The notes below the pieces were generated by a model. That model had not been told where the DNA came from and did not search any database. It was given only the letters and a program-made list of their open reading frames with translations. A DNA stretch of 64,000 bases from Octopus bimaculoides (taxonomy: Eukaryota), in contig NC_068981.1 in the NCBI RefSeq assembly GCF_001194135.2, positions 54,896,801 through 54,960,800 on the forward strand, read 5' to 3'. The number at the start of each line of letters is the position of its first letter. The stretch's first letter is position 1. A program made the position numbers and the translations under genes. This document shows, piece by piece, positions 1 to 12,437 of the stretch.

Positions 1-1088
1 AAAAAGTTATCTAGATGCATTTTGACTCCATCTAAATCGTTAAAAGTTTTTCCTTGAAAAGAGTTCTGTAGAGACAAAAACAAGTGGTAAGTCGGATGGC
101 ACAATATCAGGAGAATATATGGGGTAAGAGATCCCAGCCAAGTTCGTGTAACTGTTCGGGGAGCCAAAGACATGTTACCCCTTTCCTGTTGGCAATCTCC
201 GGTCTCAATACTTTTATTTTTTGGTTCAAATTAGCCAGCTAACGACAGTGCACATCAGAAGTAATGGTCTGGTTTTGTGGGAGAAGCTCATAATAAATAA
301 TGCCTTTATGAGCCCACCAAACACAAAGCATAGCTTTTTTGGCATGGATATTCATCTTTGGTTGCTATTTTGGGGGATCCTTACGCAAATCACAGGATCT
401 TTTCCGCACTACGTTTTCGTACACAATCCATTTTTCATCTCCAGTCACACTTTGTTTAAAAAAAAAAAAAAAAAAAAAGGCTGCTTTCATTCAGTTTCAA
501 AAGCATATGACAGATGGAATACCGGTCCAAGCAATTCTTTTCTGAGAGTCTGTGAGGGACTCATACATTATAGCGAGAAATGAATCTTAGCTTCACTAGG
601 TGTTCACGAGCGTACTTTTAGAAACTTACAACTCCTCTGCAAGTTCTCTAGTCGTGATATTTGAGTTTTCTTCGATTTTTGCCTTCAAAACATTATCCAA
701 TTTTGAAAGTCTTCCACTGCAACTGTCATCTTCCAAGTTAAACTCTCCAGCTTTAAATTTTGCAAGCCACCTTCGAACAGCTGATTCACCTACAGCATCA
801 TCACCATAAATTTTACAACTGTTTTTGTAAGTCTTTGCAACATTTTCTCCATTTAAAAAAAAAAAAAAAAAGACCATTACAACGTGAATGAGATTTTTGG
901 TTATCCATTTCAAATGTGACTAAAGGATAAATAGAATGAAAGAAATCTATTTTTAGTCAGGAACAAAGAAGAGAAGCACTACCACTTCAAGCAACACTAA
1001 AATTTTAACTGTTACGTTTCAGGTGTGTTCAATGAAGCGTTAAAAGATTTAGCTTAAAAACGCTCAGAACTTTCCGGATAACCTAACA
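1..1088 (-). mobile_element. Mariner transposon remnant (transposase pseudogene, runs off window start)
   Basis: Minus-strand translation gives HTH region GDDAVGESAVRRWLAKFKAGEFNLEDD (ORF 626-913), *VPH (WVPH motif), TGDEKWIVYENV and YSPDIVPSD-YHLFLSLQNSF. The HDNARPH segment is deleted. TIR-like end TGTTAGGTTATCCGGAAAGTTC at ~1067-1088. Confidence 0.9.
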
Positions 1089-1261
1089 CTTTATTTGAAG
1101 AATACTTACTGCCCAATTGCACACACAGACAGGTAGTAAAATAATACCAATGCAGCTTGTGCATTGTGATAGTTTGGTGAACAATTTCTGTTAATCATTC
1201 TTAATTTCAGGTTCTTCTGTTTTAATCAACCAACCTGTTAGTTAATTAAAAGAAATAAACG

Positions 1262-1388
1262 AAAAGATAAGGATAATTCAGGTTGGCATCAGTAGACGAG
1301 ATTCTACTACAAGAGTTAACTTAGTGGATTGTTAATCACACGAAGAAATGGCAGGGAACGACAGGGAATTTTTTTTACTTCAAGGCTT
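1262..1388. repeat. Inverted duplication, copy 1 (partner 2985-3113)
   Basis: 1283-1320 TTGGCATCAGTAGACGAGATTCTACTACAAGAGTTAAC matches the reverse complement of the 3051-3088 region with 1 mismatch in 38; flanks align more weakly. Confidence 0.85.
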
Positions 1389-1419
1389 GAGATTTTGGGT
1401 GAGTAGGATAGCCGATGAC

Positions 1420-1580
1420 ATCTACCACAATACCCAGCTGGTACTTTGTTTTATTGATTTCGAAAAGTTGAAAGGCAAAGTTGACCGTGACGGAATTTGA
1501 ACTCAGAATGTAAAAACGGAAGAAATGTCGTTAAGCACTTTACCCAGCGCACTAACGATTCTGCCAGCTCGCCACCTTAA
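1420..1580 (-). mobile_element. tRNA-derived SINE, family A
   Basis: Reverse complement begins GGTGGCGAGCTGGCAGAATCGTTAG (A box), has GAGTTCAAATTCC (B box) and the CTTTGCCTTTCA...AAGTACCAG core shared by many copies in the window. Confidence 0.85.
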
Positions 1581-1731
1581 GTATAGACAATAAGGAAGCA
1601 ACGAAAATACAATGCTGATATTTTGCATATATCATTTATTTGATTCACATATTTCGTACTTTTCTTTCGTTCGCGTTAAAATGCGAACCATTAAGCTCAA
1701 TCAAATTTCAACTGCACAAATTCTCAATCAC

Positions 1732-2325
1732 AGGCGCAGGAGTGGCTGTGTCGTAAGTAGCTTGCTTACCAACCACATGGTTCTGGGTTCAGTCCCACTG
1801 CGTAGCACCTTGGGCAAGTGTCTTCTACTATAGCCACGGGCCGACCAAAGCCTTGTGAGTGGATTTGGTAGACGGAAACTGAAAGAAGCCCGTCGTATAT
1901 ATNNNNNNNNNNNNNNNNNNNNNNNNNNNNNNNNNNNNNNNNNNNNNNNNNNNNNNNNNNNNNNNNNNNNNNNNNNNNNNNNNNNNNNNNNNNNNNNNNN
2001 NNNNNNNNNNNNNNNNNNNNNNNNNNNNNNNNNNNNNNNNNNNNNNNNNNNNNNNNNNNNNNNNNNNNNNNNNNNNNNNNNNNNNNNNNNNNNNNNNNNN
2101 NNNNNNNNNNNNNNNNNNNNNNNNNNNNNNNNNNNNNNNNNNNNNNNNNNNNNNNNNNNNNNNNNNNNNNNNNNNNNNNNNNNNNNNNNNNNNNNNNNNN
2201 NNNNNNATCAACCGACAGAATAAGTACTAGGCTTACAAAGAATAAGTCCTGGGGTCGATTTGCTCGACTAAAAGGCGGTGCTCCAGCATGTCCGCAGTCA
2301 AATGACTGAAACAAGTAAAAGAGTA
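1732..2325 (+). mobile_element. tRNA-derived SINE, family B, with N-gap in its internal microsatellite
   Basis: GGCGCAGGAGTGGCTGTGTCGTAAG head, GGGTTCAGTCCC B box, CCTTGTGAGTGGATTTGGTAGACGGAAACTGAAAGAAGCCCGTCG domain, tail CAAATGACTGAAACAAGTAAAAGAG; matches the complete copy at 8991-9389. Confidence 0.9.
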
Positions 2326-2440
2326 ATCAGTTATTACATCTTTTCCTTCAGCAAACGATTCAAATTATCAAAAAAAAAAAAAAAAAACTAACAAAGCTTT
2401 TTGTGAAGCGTTCTAATCAAGTAATAACTAATAATCATTA

Positions 2441-2636
2441 GGTGTTGCTGTTAAGCTCCGGATTAGGCTTTGACCAAAGTCGTTCTAACTGTAACCATCC
2501 CGTCTTTTTCCACGTACTGTGTATAAAACGTGACTTTTTCATTCCTTTGAGGCCACGGCATATAACTTGAAGTAAGTTTGGCTGCTATGTCTAGCAGGTC
2601 GAAAGACTACAATGATATTTCCTCGTTGGCTCGAGT
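2441..2636 (-). mobile_element. Interspersed repeat family D (probable SINE 3' portion)
   Basis: TGTTGCTGTTAAGCTCCGG and TTGGCTGCTATGTCTAGCAGGTCG resemble TGTTGCTGTTTAGCCCCAGG and TCAGCTACTGTTTCTAACAAGACG at 14520-14705. Strand is inferred from the (AAC)-rich tail. Confidence 0.55.
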
Positions 2637-2984
2637 AGTAGTAGATACTTTTTGTGAGTAGGTTTTTCTCACGTGACAGACCTTCACTCATCTACATTTC
2701 TTCTAGTGTTTTGGCCTGTAAAAACTTGTTTATGTTGTTGAAGTTGACGATTGTAAAATTTGGGGTTTTCAGCTAATGTCAGAGCCGAAGTTGATCAACG
2801 AAAGCCTACCCTTCTGGCGCTACTTAAAATAAATACCTTTAAATAAGTTGCAGATGTCAAATTTTTTTTCTTACACCTTCAAGGAGGAAAAAGTTGTCTA
2901 CTCATACTAATACTTTTATTCTTTTTTTTACTTATTTGCTTTTGTTATTTATTTTCTGTAGCTGGTGTGATTTAAGTTCGTGTG

Positions 2985-3113
2985 AAGCCTTGTAACAAAG
3001 CTCAGCTTCGTGTCTTGCCATCTCTTCGTAACTGATTAACAACCCACCGCGTTAACTCTTGTAGTAGAAACTCGTCTACTGATGCCAAGCTGTTATCCTT
3101 TCCCTTATCTTTT
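2985..3113. repeat. Inverted duplication, copy 2 (partner 1262-1388)
   Basis: Reverse complement aligns to 1262-1388 as described for copy 1. Confidence 0.85.
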
Positions 3114-3430
3114 TTGTTTTATTTATTCCGTCAATTTTTTCTTCTATTTTAAATATTTTTGTTGATGTTTGAACAGGTTTTTTTCTTTTTGCTCTGGATG
3201 AAACATGAAATGGGTGAGGTAGGTGAAAAATTATCACAGTTGCGTGTTTTCTATGTTGTTACTTAATTTGGCAATTATTGCCACTAGTCTAGCAAGATAA
3301 ATGATCAACTAACCAGGGCTGTCTGTCATTTTATATCACAAATCATATTCATTGACTTCACTTAAACTTTGACTAGACATTAGCATGAAAACCTAAATAC
3401 CAATTTCTTTTTACTACATCCATTTTTTTC

Positions 3431-3435
<5 letters not shown>

Positions 3436-3495
<60 letters not shown>
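3436..3495. repeat. (TA)n microsatellite
   Basis: About 60 bp of pure TA. Confidence 0.98.
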
Positions 3496-3497
<2 letters not shown>

Positions 3498-3600
3498 TTT
3501 CTACAGAATAGTTTTTTTTTATTCTTCTGCTGGTTTCAATCATTAGATTGCGACTAATATTTTTACCGATCATACTGACCAAATATATTTTACTCCAGTG

Positions 3601-4490
3601 TGTAGCGTAGACTCTAGTGAAATTCCTCTATCCCATTGGTTATATATATATGCATTCGAACGTAGCAGGGAACAGCTAGCCTTTGGCCGCTATTTGGATT
3701 CCCTCTATGTATACATTTTATAGGCAAATAAAGAAATACTTTGGTTCCAGACCTTTTAAGGCCTAGCCACTGACCAGAAAGACAGCCAGTTCCAACGACA
3801 ACGCCAGACAAGCACTACAGCTACGTTGAGACTTGCCAACTTCGTCCAACAGCATTATGGACGTCTTCGTCGCCACCATTATGTCCTTAACGTCGTCAGC
3901 ATCATCTTTCTTTGTATACAACTCAGCAAGCAATTCACCCAGGTTCCAACAGTTCAATGTTCGTGAATTATTTCACCACGGATCAACAGCGAATATACAA
4001 CCTGCATGAACTCCTGTACAAGTGACCCATGCAGCAGCAGCATCACAGCCACGACTTCACGTACGACATGTACTTGTAACCGGTTCAGCATCATAGCGGC
4101 GACTTCTTGATACAGTATTTCAACTATCGTGTACGACTGACTACGAACTGGTATTATTAACTTTTTTGTGTCTATGAACTTACTTCTCACTTCGATGGCT
4201 TATGGATACTTTCGCTGTCCTCTTCATTGCCATCCTTAAATGTTCTTAACATGCGCATAAATCTACACACATACACATTTTGTTCTCAGGACGGCCTGTC
4301 AATTATTCTGTATACATGACCCACACACAGACACACATTTTAACATACCAATAAATGTTCTCTCAATCATTCTTTGCGGATGTGTCTCTTTCCCTCTGAC
4401 ATTTATTTGTTCTATTTCTCTTTATTGTAATGGCTGTGTGATGTAATACAAAAGAGCCATTCTCGACACCTCACAACGCACGGCCCTACA
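3601..4490 (+). mobile_element. Solo LTR (Ty3/Gypsy-type 4-bp TSD)
   Basis: Starts TGTAG (3601) and ends CTACA (4490), inverted TG...CA termini; AGTG duplicated at 3597-3600 and 4491-4494; TATA-like tract ~3640 and AATAAA ~4350. Strand is tentative. Confidence 0.8.
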
Positions 4491-5747
4491 AGTGTTTTAC
4501 TTACTTTATCGATCTCTCAGTTATGTATTTATTACTTAAAAGGACACCACTCGATATCTAAAGATGATTGGTTACATGCCAACGCGAATAAATTATATAC
4601 GATTTTCCTTTTTATATACCAACAGAAAATAAACTTCTTATCCCGCTACAAACTTTTCTTTTTAGCCTCAATGAAGTTTGCTTATTTAGGATGAATCAGA
4701 TTAATGATCAATATTTTTGAAATGTCTTATCTATTATATTGCACGGTTTTACAGTCTCCAGATTCAAGTGACTATATTATTTTTAACAACCATAGTAGTC
4801 CTGATAAAATCAAGAGTAGTGGTCAGTGATGTAAACCGTTTTTCTATTTAAACATTGCTACCTTTCTTGTAGTCATACTGGGTGCAGGTATGTATTATAT
4901 ATACATACATATGCATGTGCGCACGCGAGTCTACTACACTTGGTAGCGTAGTCAGTCTTTTGGAACTGATAATCATTATCCGTTGAATGCTCTCTATCAT
5001 TTAGCTGCATTTCCCAGTGTGACAAAAAGTAAAGCTGTACGTTTTCCTTTTTTTTTTAAGCATTTGAAGAGGTATGTATATATACATACATGGGAAGCAG
5101 TTCCTCTTTCAAGCGTATAATGCTGAATACATGATTACAAATAATTTTTTATTGTTTTTCAATATCCGTTTAGCTTATTTCACCACAAATTCTACAATAC
5201 ATTTTTGAAATATCTCCGTTTTGAATCTTCTTCAGGACTCTAGTTAAAGCCATGCGGATGACCTAGACATCTGCAAAGATTTCGTTAGAATCTTCCAGTT
5301 AAGTTACTCGCTTCTTGAACTTAAAATCCTGCCACAAATTTTGATATAGTCCTTATTTGTCATTTTTTTTGGGGGGGGGGATTTTTACACTTCCTCACAT
5401 TCTTCCTACTTCGTTTCCTCCACCAACCAAATCCTGTACAGAACACTTTGCCCTAACATTTCTCATTTAAGATTTTCCTCTTTGTTCGGATTCTCACTCC
5501 GCTTTACAATTATCATATTTAAAGTTAACCCTATTTCTAATTATTACTAAATTTACATTTTCTGATGTCAATTATTTTAAACACTACTACCCTTAATTAG
5601 CGTTTATCACCAAACTCTGTAAGCTATAAAAGATTCAAGTTTGAACATAAATAATTAAATCAGTTCTAGTACTTTTATCCAGGCCAGGTTTCGTTCCCTT
5701 TATAGTGAAATGGTAAAGATACCATGATATCAATAATGTTATGTTAA

Positions 5748-5942
5748 TATTGGTTTCAAATTTGGGCACAAAGCTAGCAGTTTCGAGGAAGGTGATTTAT
5801 CGATTAAATTCGACTCTAGTGTTCAATTGGTAACTTATTTTATGGGTCCGGAAAGTAGAATTTGAACTCAGAAGGTAAAGATGGACGAAATTCTGTTAAG
5901 CATTTTTCCCGGTGCACCAACGATCCTGTCAGCTGGCCCCTT
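5748..5942 (-). mobile_element. SINE family A (diverged)
   Basis: Reverse complement has head GGCCAGCTGACAGGATCGTTGG, B box GAGTTCAAATTC and tail GCTTTGTGCCCAAATTTGAAACCA. Confidence 0.8.
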
Positions 5943-7633
5943 ATGTTAAATTAATACTATTAAATAGGTTTGCTCACCGAGTGCTCTACAGTGTTCTATG
6001 TTATTCTTATATAACTTTTGGTGTACTTCATAGATCTGTTATTTACGTGACTTTTTCCCAACCTTTATAAATTTCTTTTTGCAATATAAAATTTAATATA
6101 TCAATGTATTTTAAATTATTACACAACATAGTGTTTGCTGCTTTTCCACCTTAAAATTAGACACTTTAAATCTTTTTTTCTCCAATGTTTTTAACTGTGC
6201 TAGCTAAGATAATTGTTCAGGTAGTGTTAACATGGCAGGGTATACCCACTTATAAATGTTTATATAAGATATATAAGGTGTTCCATCTTTATTCGACTTT
6301 TGAAATGCAAAATAACCATATGAATAAAATTATAGTGAATTAACTGCTAAAATTTTTACGGTAAAATTACATTAGACGTTATAAGCACTAATATGAAATA
6401 ATATATATTATGTAAACATAACTACATTTCAATATAATGCATTAACATCCCGCGTCATTTCCGCATATTTAACTTCCACTATACCCCCCCCCCCCGTGAA
6501 AATTCCCTTATTAGAGCACTGACTCTTTACAACTAAAGTTACGCACTCCTAAGTGGTATAGTCTCTTTGAATAGTAGTTGGGACTAAATTCAGAAGATCC
6601 ACAATTATATAATTAACAAGCATTCAAATTTACTATATTAAACTCTGCTAATTATATATATCCCCACTATTAAGACGTGTTTTCGTTTACATATTCTGAG
6701 ACTACTTCTGTTTAAACCAACCATACTGTTTCCTTCCTTAAATTCTACACAAAATATTATGCTCCACAAATTGGAATTTCTTTTCCATCCATAAAATTGT
6801 ACAAAAAGTTGTCAAGCTGTGTTAAATCGCATGAATATTGCCTACCACCTGCTATGCTCAATATCCGTTTACCTTTGACATACCTCCTATGACACAATAA
6901 AAAAAAGGCTATAAACATATTTACAATAATATATTTAAAAATGTATTGGTGGATGGAAGCTATGTTAGTCCATCAAATAAAAGCTCCGAGGAAGTAAAAT
7001 TTCCGCTCAGTAGTGTCATGTTATAAATAATTTATAAATTGCATCTAAATCATATAAAACCACTCGTTAATTAGTTTACATGTTAAATAGAAGTAACTAA
7101 TTCAGATTGGAAGACATTCGAGAGAGTACATTTAATACATCTTTTTAGAAATTCGTCGATTAATGACAGTGTTTCTTGGAGAAAACGAGAGAAATGAATA
7201 TTACTAAATTCTTCCGAGCAGTTTACTATATTTATAACAAAACTAGGAATACATGGAGACACATTTTGTCTTGAATAACCCAACAGCTGGATATTCTTTA
7301 AAGCTGGCATAGAGTAAAAGTTATGCTATTTGGTCAGCACGCAGTCCTTTGACTCCTTAGGTCAGGTGATATAAGGTTTCTATTTCAAATCCCGATAGGC
7401 ATTTCGTGTTGATTCAGATATAACATTTGGTATAAATATGAGAAGTTGGGTTGAAAATATGGTGAAATGCCTCACCACCCCTCGTCTTTGTATATAGTTT
7501 GTTCGTCTCATCTACACGTTTCTTTCTTTTTTCTTCCTGTAAGGCCCCCGCCTAACATTCTTCGTATTTTTTGCATTTCTCTTGATCCCTTGTGGTTAAT
7601 AAAGAAAACAATAATAATAATAATTATCATCAT

Positions 7634-8060
7634 TAAGGTGGTGAGCTGGCATTTCTTCTGGGTTTACGCTCAGAGTTCAAATTCTGCCGATGTCGTTCTT
7701 TCCCTTTTTCTTTAGGGGCCGATAAAACAAGTACATGAAAGCGTTACTGACTGGCTTAGTAACGGAATATTTTTGTATGGGGGGTGGGGGGCTCTATGTA
7801 ATCGACTAACCCTTTCCCACAAAATTTCGGGCCATTCTTGCCATAAGTAGAAAGATTTGTTACGGTTGTGTGGTGATAACATCGTTTGGGCATCGATAAA
7901 AAAAAATTGAGGTGCTTGCTCCGGCTTTTCACATTTTGAGTTTAAATCCTGCCGAAGTCCACTGTTTTCATCCTGTTCGAGCACTGGGGATCGATGTAAC
8001 CGACTTACCTCGCCCCCCCCCCAAAAAAAATTACGGGTCTTATGCTAGAATTTGAAACCA
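7634..8060 (+). mobile_element. Cluster of 2-3 degenerate SINE family A pieces
   Basis: GGTGGTGAGCTGGC head, GAGTTCAAATTCTGCCG, GGGGCCGATAAAACAAGTAC, and repeated GATGTAA(T/C)CGACT tail motifs. Confidence 0.7.
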
Positions 8061-8990
8061 TTATGTCAACTAACCGAAGGAGACAAAATGCATCTGTATA
8101 TAGAACAAGCTGCTAATTTCATTGAGACGTCAGAAAGGCAACAATCATGACAAACGCTGCTTCTAGAACAGATGGAAGGACGGTGGTATACAGGTGTTTA
8201 TCTTTCGTTTGAAAAATATCTGGGAAGACAGATTTTATCACTCGTGCCAATCACTACGGCTATGTACGAGTTTATTTATTTATTTATTTTACTGATAAAC
8301 ACTGACCCAGAAACACTCCACCGTCTCAAATAGGATTGGGGAAATTGTATAGATACCATTTTACTTGGGACATAGCAGGATCAGAGTAAAAATTGCAAAG
8401 ATATCACCTTAGCTAGATATATGGTGCGTCGTAAAAGGTGTTGTGTTGGAAGAGCCTAGAAATTTTTTTAAATGCTCGAAAATAAAATTGGGTTCGGATA
8501 GGGCTGGAGATGCTGATTTAGGTGAAACTGGAGAAACAGAGCCCGATCTACAACTTAATAGAGATTCCATGAAAGCATCAACAACAGGTGCTAGTGGCAG
8601 TTTGAAGGCCTAGATACAACAATGGCAACGCCGATTACTTCAAGGCCGTCTACCCATCCCCCAAACAACAACAGAATGTGACTTCTGAAAGAAAGCCTAC
8701 ATTACTGCTAACACCACAGCGTGTACCTGCAGCATAAAAAATGGCAGCAACGCAATAACACCAGCAACAATAGATGCAACAGCTGCAAAAGAAGTATCGC
8801 TTTCAAAGGCTATCACGTCACCGACGACAGCAGCAACAAAAAGCATCCCCACCACTAACAACTACCAAGTCTCCCTTGCGAAGTAAACTTCTCCCCGCTT
8901 CAGATTATTGAGATATGTTATGTAGTGAAGTAGGTAAAGGCGATTCTAAATGGGAAACAGGGCCCAGCAGAAAGAAAAGAAAAACATTAT

Positions 8991-9389
8991 TACTCTTTTA
9001 CTTGTTTCAGTCATTTGACTGCGGACATGCTGGAGCACCGCCTTTAGTCGAGCCAATAGACCCCAGGACTTATTCTTTGTAAGCTTAGTACTTATTCTAT
9101 CGGTTTCTTTTGCCGAACCGCTAAGTTACGGGGACGTAAACACACCAGCATCGGTTGTCAAGCGATGTTGGGGGGACAAACACAGACACACAAACATATA
9201 CACACATATACATATATATATATATACGACTGGCTTCTTTCAGTTTCCGTCTACCAAATCCACTCACAAGGCTTTGTTCGGCCCGAGGCTATAGTAGAAG
9301 ACACTTGCCCAAGGTTCCACGCAGTGGGACTGAACTCAGAACCATGTGGTTCGTAAGCAAGCTACTTACCACACAGCCACTCCTACGCC
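8991..9389 (-). mobile_element. SINE family B, complete copy
   Basis: Full head, domain, internal (TA/TG) tract and tail; possible TSD TATTAC at 8988-8993 and 9390-9395. Confidence 0.92.
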
Positions 9390-9801
9390 TATTACGTCAA
9401 CTAAAATGCTTGGAGGTTAAAAAAAAAGCGGGAGAAATGCATTTAGCAATACAGTAACGCTTGATGACCCAATACTATCAATAGCATCACCAAACTCAAG
9501 CGCAACTAATTCATATGTGCACCATAACACCCAAAATACGAACAAAAGAAATGACCGTACAAGCAAAAACAAAGAAATGAATCATACATCAACACACAAA
9601 TGTTACACACTATGACTATATCACACCTACAAATAGCATACTCACAGAAAAATCACCAGAAAGACAAAACAACCTTTTAAAAACCATCTCCCGATAGAAT
9701 TCCTTCTTTATTTGGATCTTCCCTGTAAATTTTGTATAAGAGTCTTTAACGTTTCTTTGCATTTTTCTGTATCTTTCCGAGACCCGCGTGGTTGATAAAA
9801 T

Positions 9802-9980
9802 ATTGGCTTCAAACATTGGTGGAAACGCCAGCAATTTTGGGAGTTGATTTCCTCACATCAACCTCAGTGCTCAACTGGTACTTATTTTATCGGATCCGCC
9901 CCGCCCCATAACGCAAAGATGGACGAAATGCCGCTAAGCATTTTTCTCTGGCGTACTGATTCTGCCAGCTCGCTGCCTTT
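9802..9980 (-). mobile_element. SINE family A with internal deletion
   Basis: CTGCCAGCTCGCTGCC head end, CAACTGGTACTTATTTTATCG core. Confidence 0.8.
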
Positions 9981-9995
9981 CAAATTATTAATTAA

Positions 9996-10295
9996 CTAGC
10001 GGGAACCATGAATATTTCACGGAATATTTCACGGAATTAATGGTTAACCTATTGGGTTATTTCATCTGCTACTCCTTGAAAAGTGAAAGAAATTGGCATA
10101 TGATGATTACTCAATGCATTTTATATACTTTATGCACAATTTTGTAGACTTAACACACAGCACTCAAAAATATTCACTTTTATTTTTCCATTTTCCCCAT
10201 AAAAAATATCCCGTATATATGATACCACCTTTAGTTAAATTGCACATATATGCCCCGTAAATAAGCGTGAATATTTCACGGAATTGCACGCATGA
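9996..10295 (-). mobile_element. Non-autonomous Helitron/Helentron-like element
   Basis: Minus strand ends CCGTGAAATATTCATGG (hairpin) + TTCCCG-CTAG|T and begins TC; GAATATTTCACGG occurs 3 times (twice at one end, once at the other). Confidence 0.5.
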
Positions 10296-10629
10296 GTTAA
10301 ACGATATTAAAAAAATAACTTAGTTCAATTTTAAAAAATACACTTTTCACTATCCAATCACCACTTTCTCTCTCTGCCTTTATGTTTTCATGTTATCAGA
10401 GCATCAACTCCTCTGCTAAAATTATATTTTTAAATCCTCTATATCATCATTACCTTCAAATAATTTTTTAAACCACGTAATAAATATTACGTTTCTCCTA
10501 CTTCACGTCATGGACGCTTCTTTCTATTCCTTTCAACTAATCAGATGAAAGCGTTACAGTTACGAGAGCGTTTCCGACTGGCTTAGTAACAGAATGGCAA
10601 GCAGAATCATTTATCAACTACTAAAGAAT

Positions 10630-10835
10630 AAAAATGGTTAGAACACCAGGTAAAATGCTTCGCGGCATTTCGTCCGCCTTTACGTTCTGAGTTCAAATTC
10701 CACCGAGGTTGACTTTGCCTTCCATCCTTTCGGGGCCGATAAAATCAGTACCAGTGAAAAACTGTGACCGATGTAATCGACTTACCCCTTCCCTGAAATT
10801 ACTGGCCTTATAATCAAGATTTAAGGTCATTATTA
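10630..10835 (+). mobile_element. SINE family A
   Basis: GAGTTCAAATTCCACCGAGGTTGACTTTGCCTTCCATCCTTTCGGGGCCGATAAAATCAGTACCAG core. Confidence 0.85.
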
Positions 10836-12215
10836 ATTAATTTAAAAACTTCCCTTTTTATTACTCTCGTTAATTAATTTAAGTGTTGATATTCCGATAA
10901 ATAATAATTTCAAGAACAAAAACGTCATACCAAAATCCAGGATTGAAACGAAGACCTAACCGCTCTCTTAGCTATTTGTGAATCGCCTCGTAATTTGTAG
11001 AAATATTTACTTTCATTAAAATGAAACTTATTTTGCTAATGTATACTAAACGAAACATTAAATGATGTATAAAAAGAGAAAAAAAGACATTCCAAATTAA
11101 GAAAAAATAATTGAAAATGTAAATTTGTTTTGTCTTTATGCAATTGTACACCAGTTTTTGTTTTTTTTGTTACATGATTTAGTTTTATCTAAAATCTAAA
11201 TATTTACGTAAACAACAGAACAGACGCATTGCAGCTGTGGCAAACATGTTTAACTCTTTTACTATAAGACATGTCAGCGTTTGGTAAGTAGAAACGATTC
11301 ACTTGCCGCTCAACCTGATGAAAATCTTATTCAAAAGTTCCCTTAAATAAAAGCTATATTATTGAATAATAGGGGTTTCATAATTTTTATTTATTTATTG
11401 CTATAAAGAAATTGGTATCACAAGTGGAACAGCTCCTCAGAGTTTGGTTTGAACACCGATTTTTTTTTATTTGAAAACTATTCGTCCTAATTTCAGTTTC
11501 TTTTTTAATTTTGTCTTGTAACCTTTAAAACAAATAATTTTTTTCATCATACTTTCGTCGGACTGTCTTTGAATAATATCACGAAAAATAAGGTGAAATA
11601 TAGCCTGTCAAAATTCATTGAGCTGTCAGACTAACAAATATCGTTGATACTCCATGAAAAGAAGAAACAATGAAGAACAACAAATAGAATATAGACAGAA
11701 TCCTAACAGCAAAAATAAATAATTAAATAAATAAAATTTTGAAAATCAGAACATTTATCGTTTGCCTACAGTCAGGTTCAAATATATCTACCACAAGTGC
11801 TCTTATTTTTCAGCAACTCGACTGTAATCATGATAACTGGAAATTTTTTATCTTAATGCGTGTTTTGAAGCGTGTAGTGTGTTGTTGACGATAATCAACA
11901 ATCGTATTTAAGTTGGTGGTTTGGTTGTTTAAGCGAACGACTTAATAAAATTACATGGTCCTGAAGAACGAGACAAGGCTCGTATAACTACCAAAAAATT
12001 GGAGCATTTCAGCGGGGGGAAAAAACCCCCAAGAACTTATAAATTCTAATTACTTCTAATACATTTCATAACTGTAATGAAGACTAGTAAATATTATTAT
12101 GATTAGGTAACAGAAGTGAGGTCCTTAGCCAGAGATCGTAAATTCGTTACAAATGCCTGAAATATTGTCAACTGCCTGTTACGCGATCAAATTGTCATGT
12201 ACACCGAAAACTGTT

Positions 12216-12437
12216 TTAACCCTTTAACAGTCAGATTTCTTTGTCAAATGTATTGCTTATTTATTCACATGGTTTTGAATTAATCACACATTACATTGTA
12301 GTTTCAATGATGCGTTTGAATATTTTTAGAATGAGATTTTAGGGTAGTTTTGAGAGAGGTTACATATGGTCAGTTTTAACATAAAACAGGTAGAATATTT
12401 GGGCCAGATATGGCCGGATTAAATGCTAAAGGATTAA
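12216..12437. mobile_element. piggyBac-like MITE (TTAA target)
   Basis: TTAA|CCCTTTAACA ... TGCTAAAGGA|TTAA: imperfect TIRs flanked by TTAA at 12216-12219 and 12434-12437. Confidence 0.75.

Noticed and set aside
7083-7320. Faint integrase-like stretch (SEQFTIFITKLGIH) on the plus strand
   Set aside because: Too short and interrupted to support a call.
8689-8886. Thr/Ala-rich 66-codon open frame (TPATIDATAAKEVSLSKAITSPTTAATK)
   Set aside because: Explained by decayed CAG/CAA low-complexity sequence; no start codon or convincing splice sites.
11961-11990. CTGAAGA-ACGAG-ACAAGG-CTCGT-ATAAC hammerhead-like motif
   Set aside because: The GAAA box is absent and there is no supporting stem I or III; could be chance.
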